Source: Octopus bimaculoides
Taxonomy: Eukaryota
Assembly: GCF_001194135.2 (NCBI RefSeq)
Contig: NC_068997.1
Coordinates: 37,825,416 to 37,889,415 of the forward strand
Direction of reading: 5' to 3'
DNA length: 64,000 bases
The notes under the pieces are model-generated. The model searched no databases. It was not told where the DNA came from and worked only from the letters and a program-made list of their open reading frames with translations. Made by a program: the position numbers and the translations under genes. Below are positions 63,149 through 64,000 of the stretch, one piece after another (positions within the stretch are counted from its first letter, which is position 1; each line of letters begins with the position of its first letter).

Positions 63149-64000
63149 NNNNNNNNNNNNNNNNNNNNNNNNNNNNNNNNNNNNNNNNNNNNNNNNNNNN
63201 NNNNNNNNNNNNNNNNNNNNNNNNNNNNNNNNNNNNNNNNNNNNNNNNNNNNNNNNNNNNNNNNNNNNNNNNNNNNNNNNNNNNNNNNNNNNNNNNNNNN
63301 NNNNNNNNNNNNNNNNNNNNNNNNNNNNNNNNNNNNNNNNNNNNNNNNNNNATATATATACATTTCCAACTTCTCTTGGAAGCAGCTTTTCCATACCACG
63401 ACACCCTGGTCACCAGTGGATTTAATGATAAAATTAGTTACACACGACCTTAACCTTACATAGAGAAAACACCACCGGAAAGTTTTATATTTCACTTCAT
63501 CTTTCCTTTAGCATAAAAACTTGTGAAGGTAGGATCTTTCATAACCTAGTCGATAAACACTACCCTGCATAGCATAAATGCATAAAAGTATTTTGCAGAT
63601 ATATCTTATGTATTTCTTTCAACTGTGTACCTAGTATCAAGAAAAATTAGTAAGTAAGCCCATACCCTACACAAAGGGAGGTTACTCATAGAGACAACAC
63701 CGCATGTTCACTAAACGGCCAATGCAACACGAAGGCCGCTGTATATGGGGATAGATGACGTCAAAGGATCCTAGTAGGCAGACCAGGGTGTAGTAATATG
63801 TGGGCACGATAGAAAGTCCCTTCAGACTCAGATCTAATAAAAACGAGTCTTGTAATATTCAAGAGAGATAAAATGCCACCGCTCTAGCAAGGCACATGTG
63901 GTCTCTGAATGGGTTACTGCATCAAATAGAGAGTAGTGGAGAGGTGAAAAACCTTACATCACTAGCAATGAGAGCTGGAGGCTTTGCTTTGTGAAAAAAA

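Noticed and set aside
63715-63770. CCAAT box and perfect CRE (TGACGTCA) suggesting a promoter
   Set aside because: Short motifs are expected by chance, and no downstream gene is visible within the window.

Overview
AT-rich eukaryotic genomic DNA, saturated with microsatellites, assembly N-gaps and decayed transposable elements. The SINE families and repeat style suggest an octopod cephalopod; this is my inference, not a database result. The window holds three tRNA-derived SINE families, L1/Tx1-clade LINE remnants (including an ORF1-only unit), three large and several small R4/Dong-like RLE LINEs associated with (TAA)n tracts, a Penelope-like element, a Gypsy integrase with PPT and 3' LTR, five Tc1/mariner/IS630-type remnants, a fairly intact Chapaev3-like transposase, Helitron/Helentron pieces and several palindromic MITEs. 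I found no confidently identifiable host gene. The best candidate is a small spliced minus-strand gene encoding a putative signal peptide at about 23.0-24.1 kb. There are no rRNA genes, true tRNA genes, CRISPR arrays or prokaryotic systems. Most long ORFs in the supplied track are artefacts of N-gaps or microsatellites. All family assignments come from manual motif recognition, and coordinates of degraded elements are approximate.
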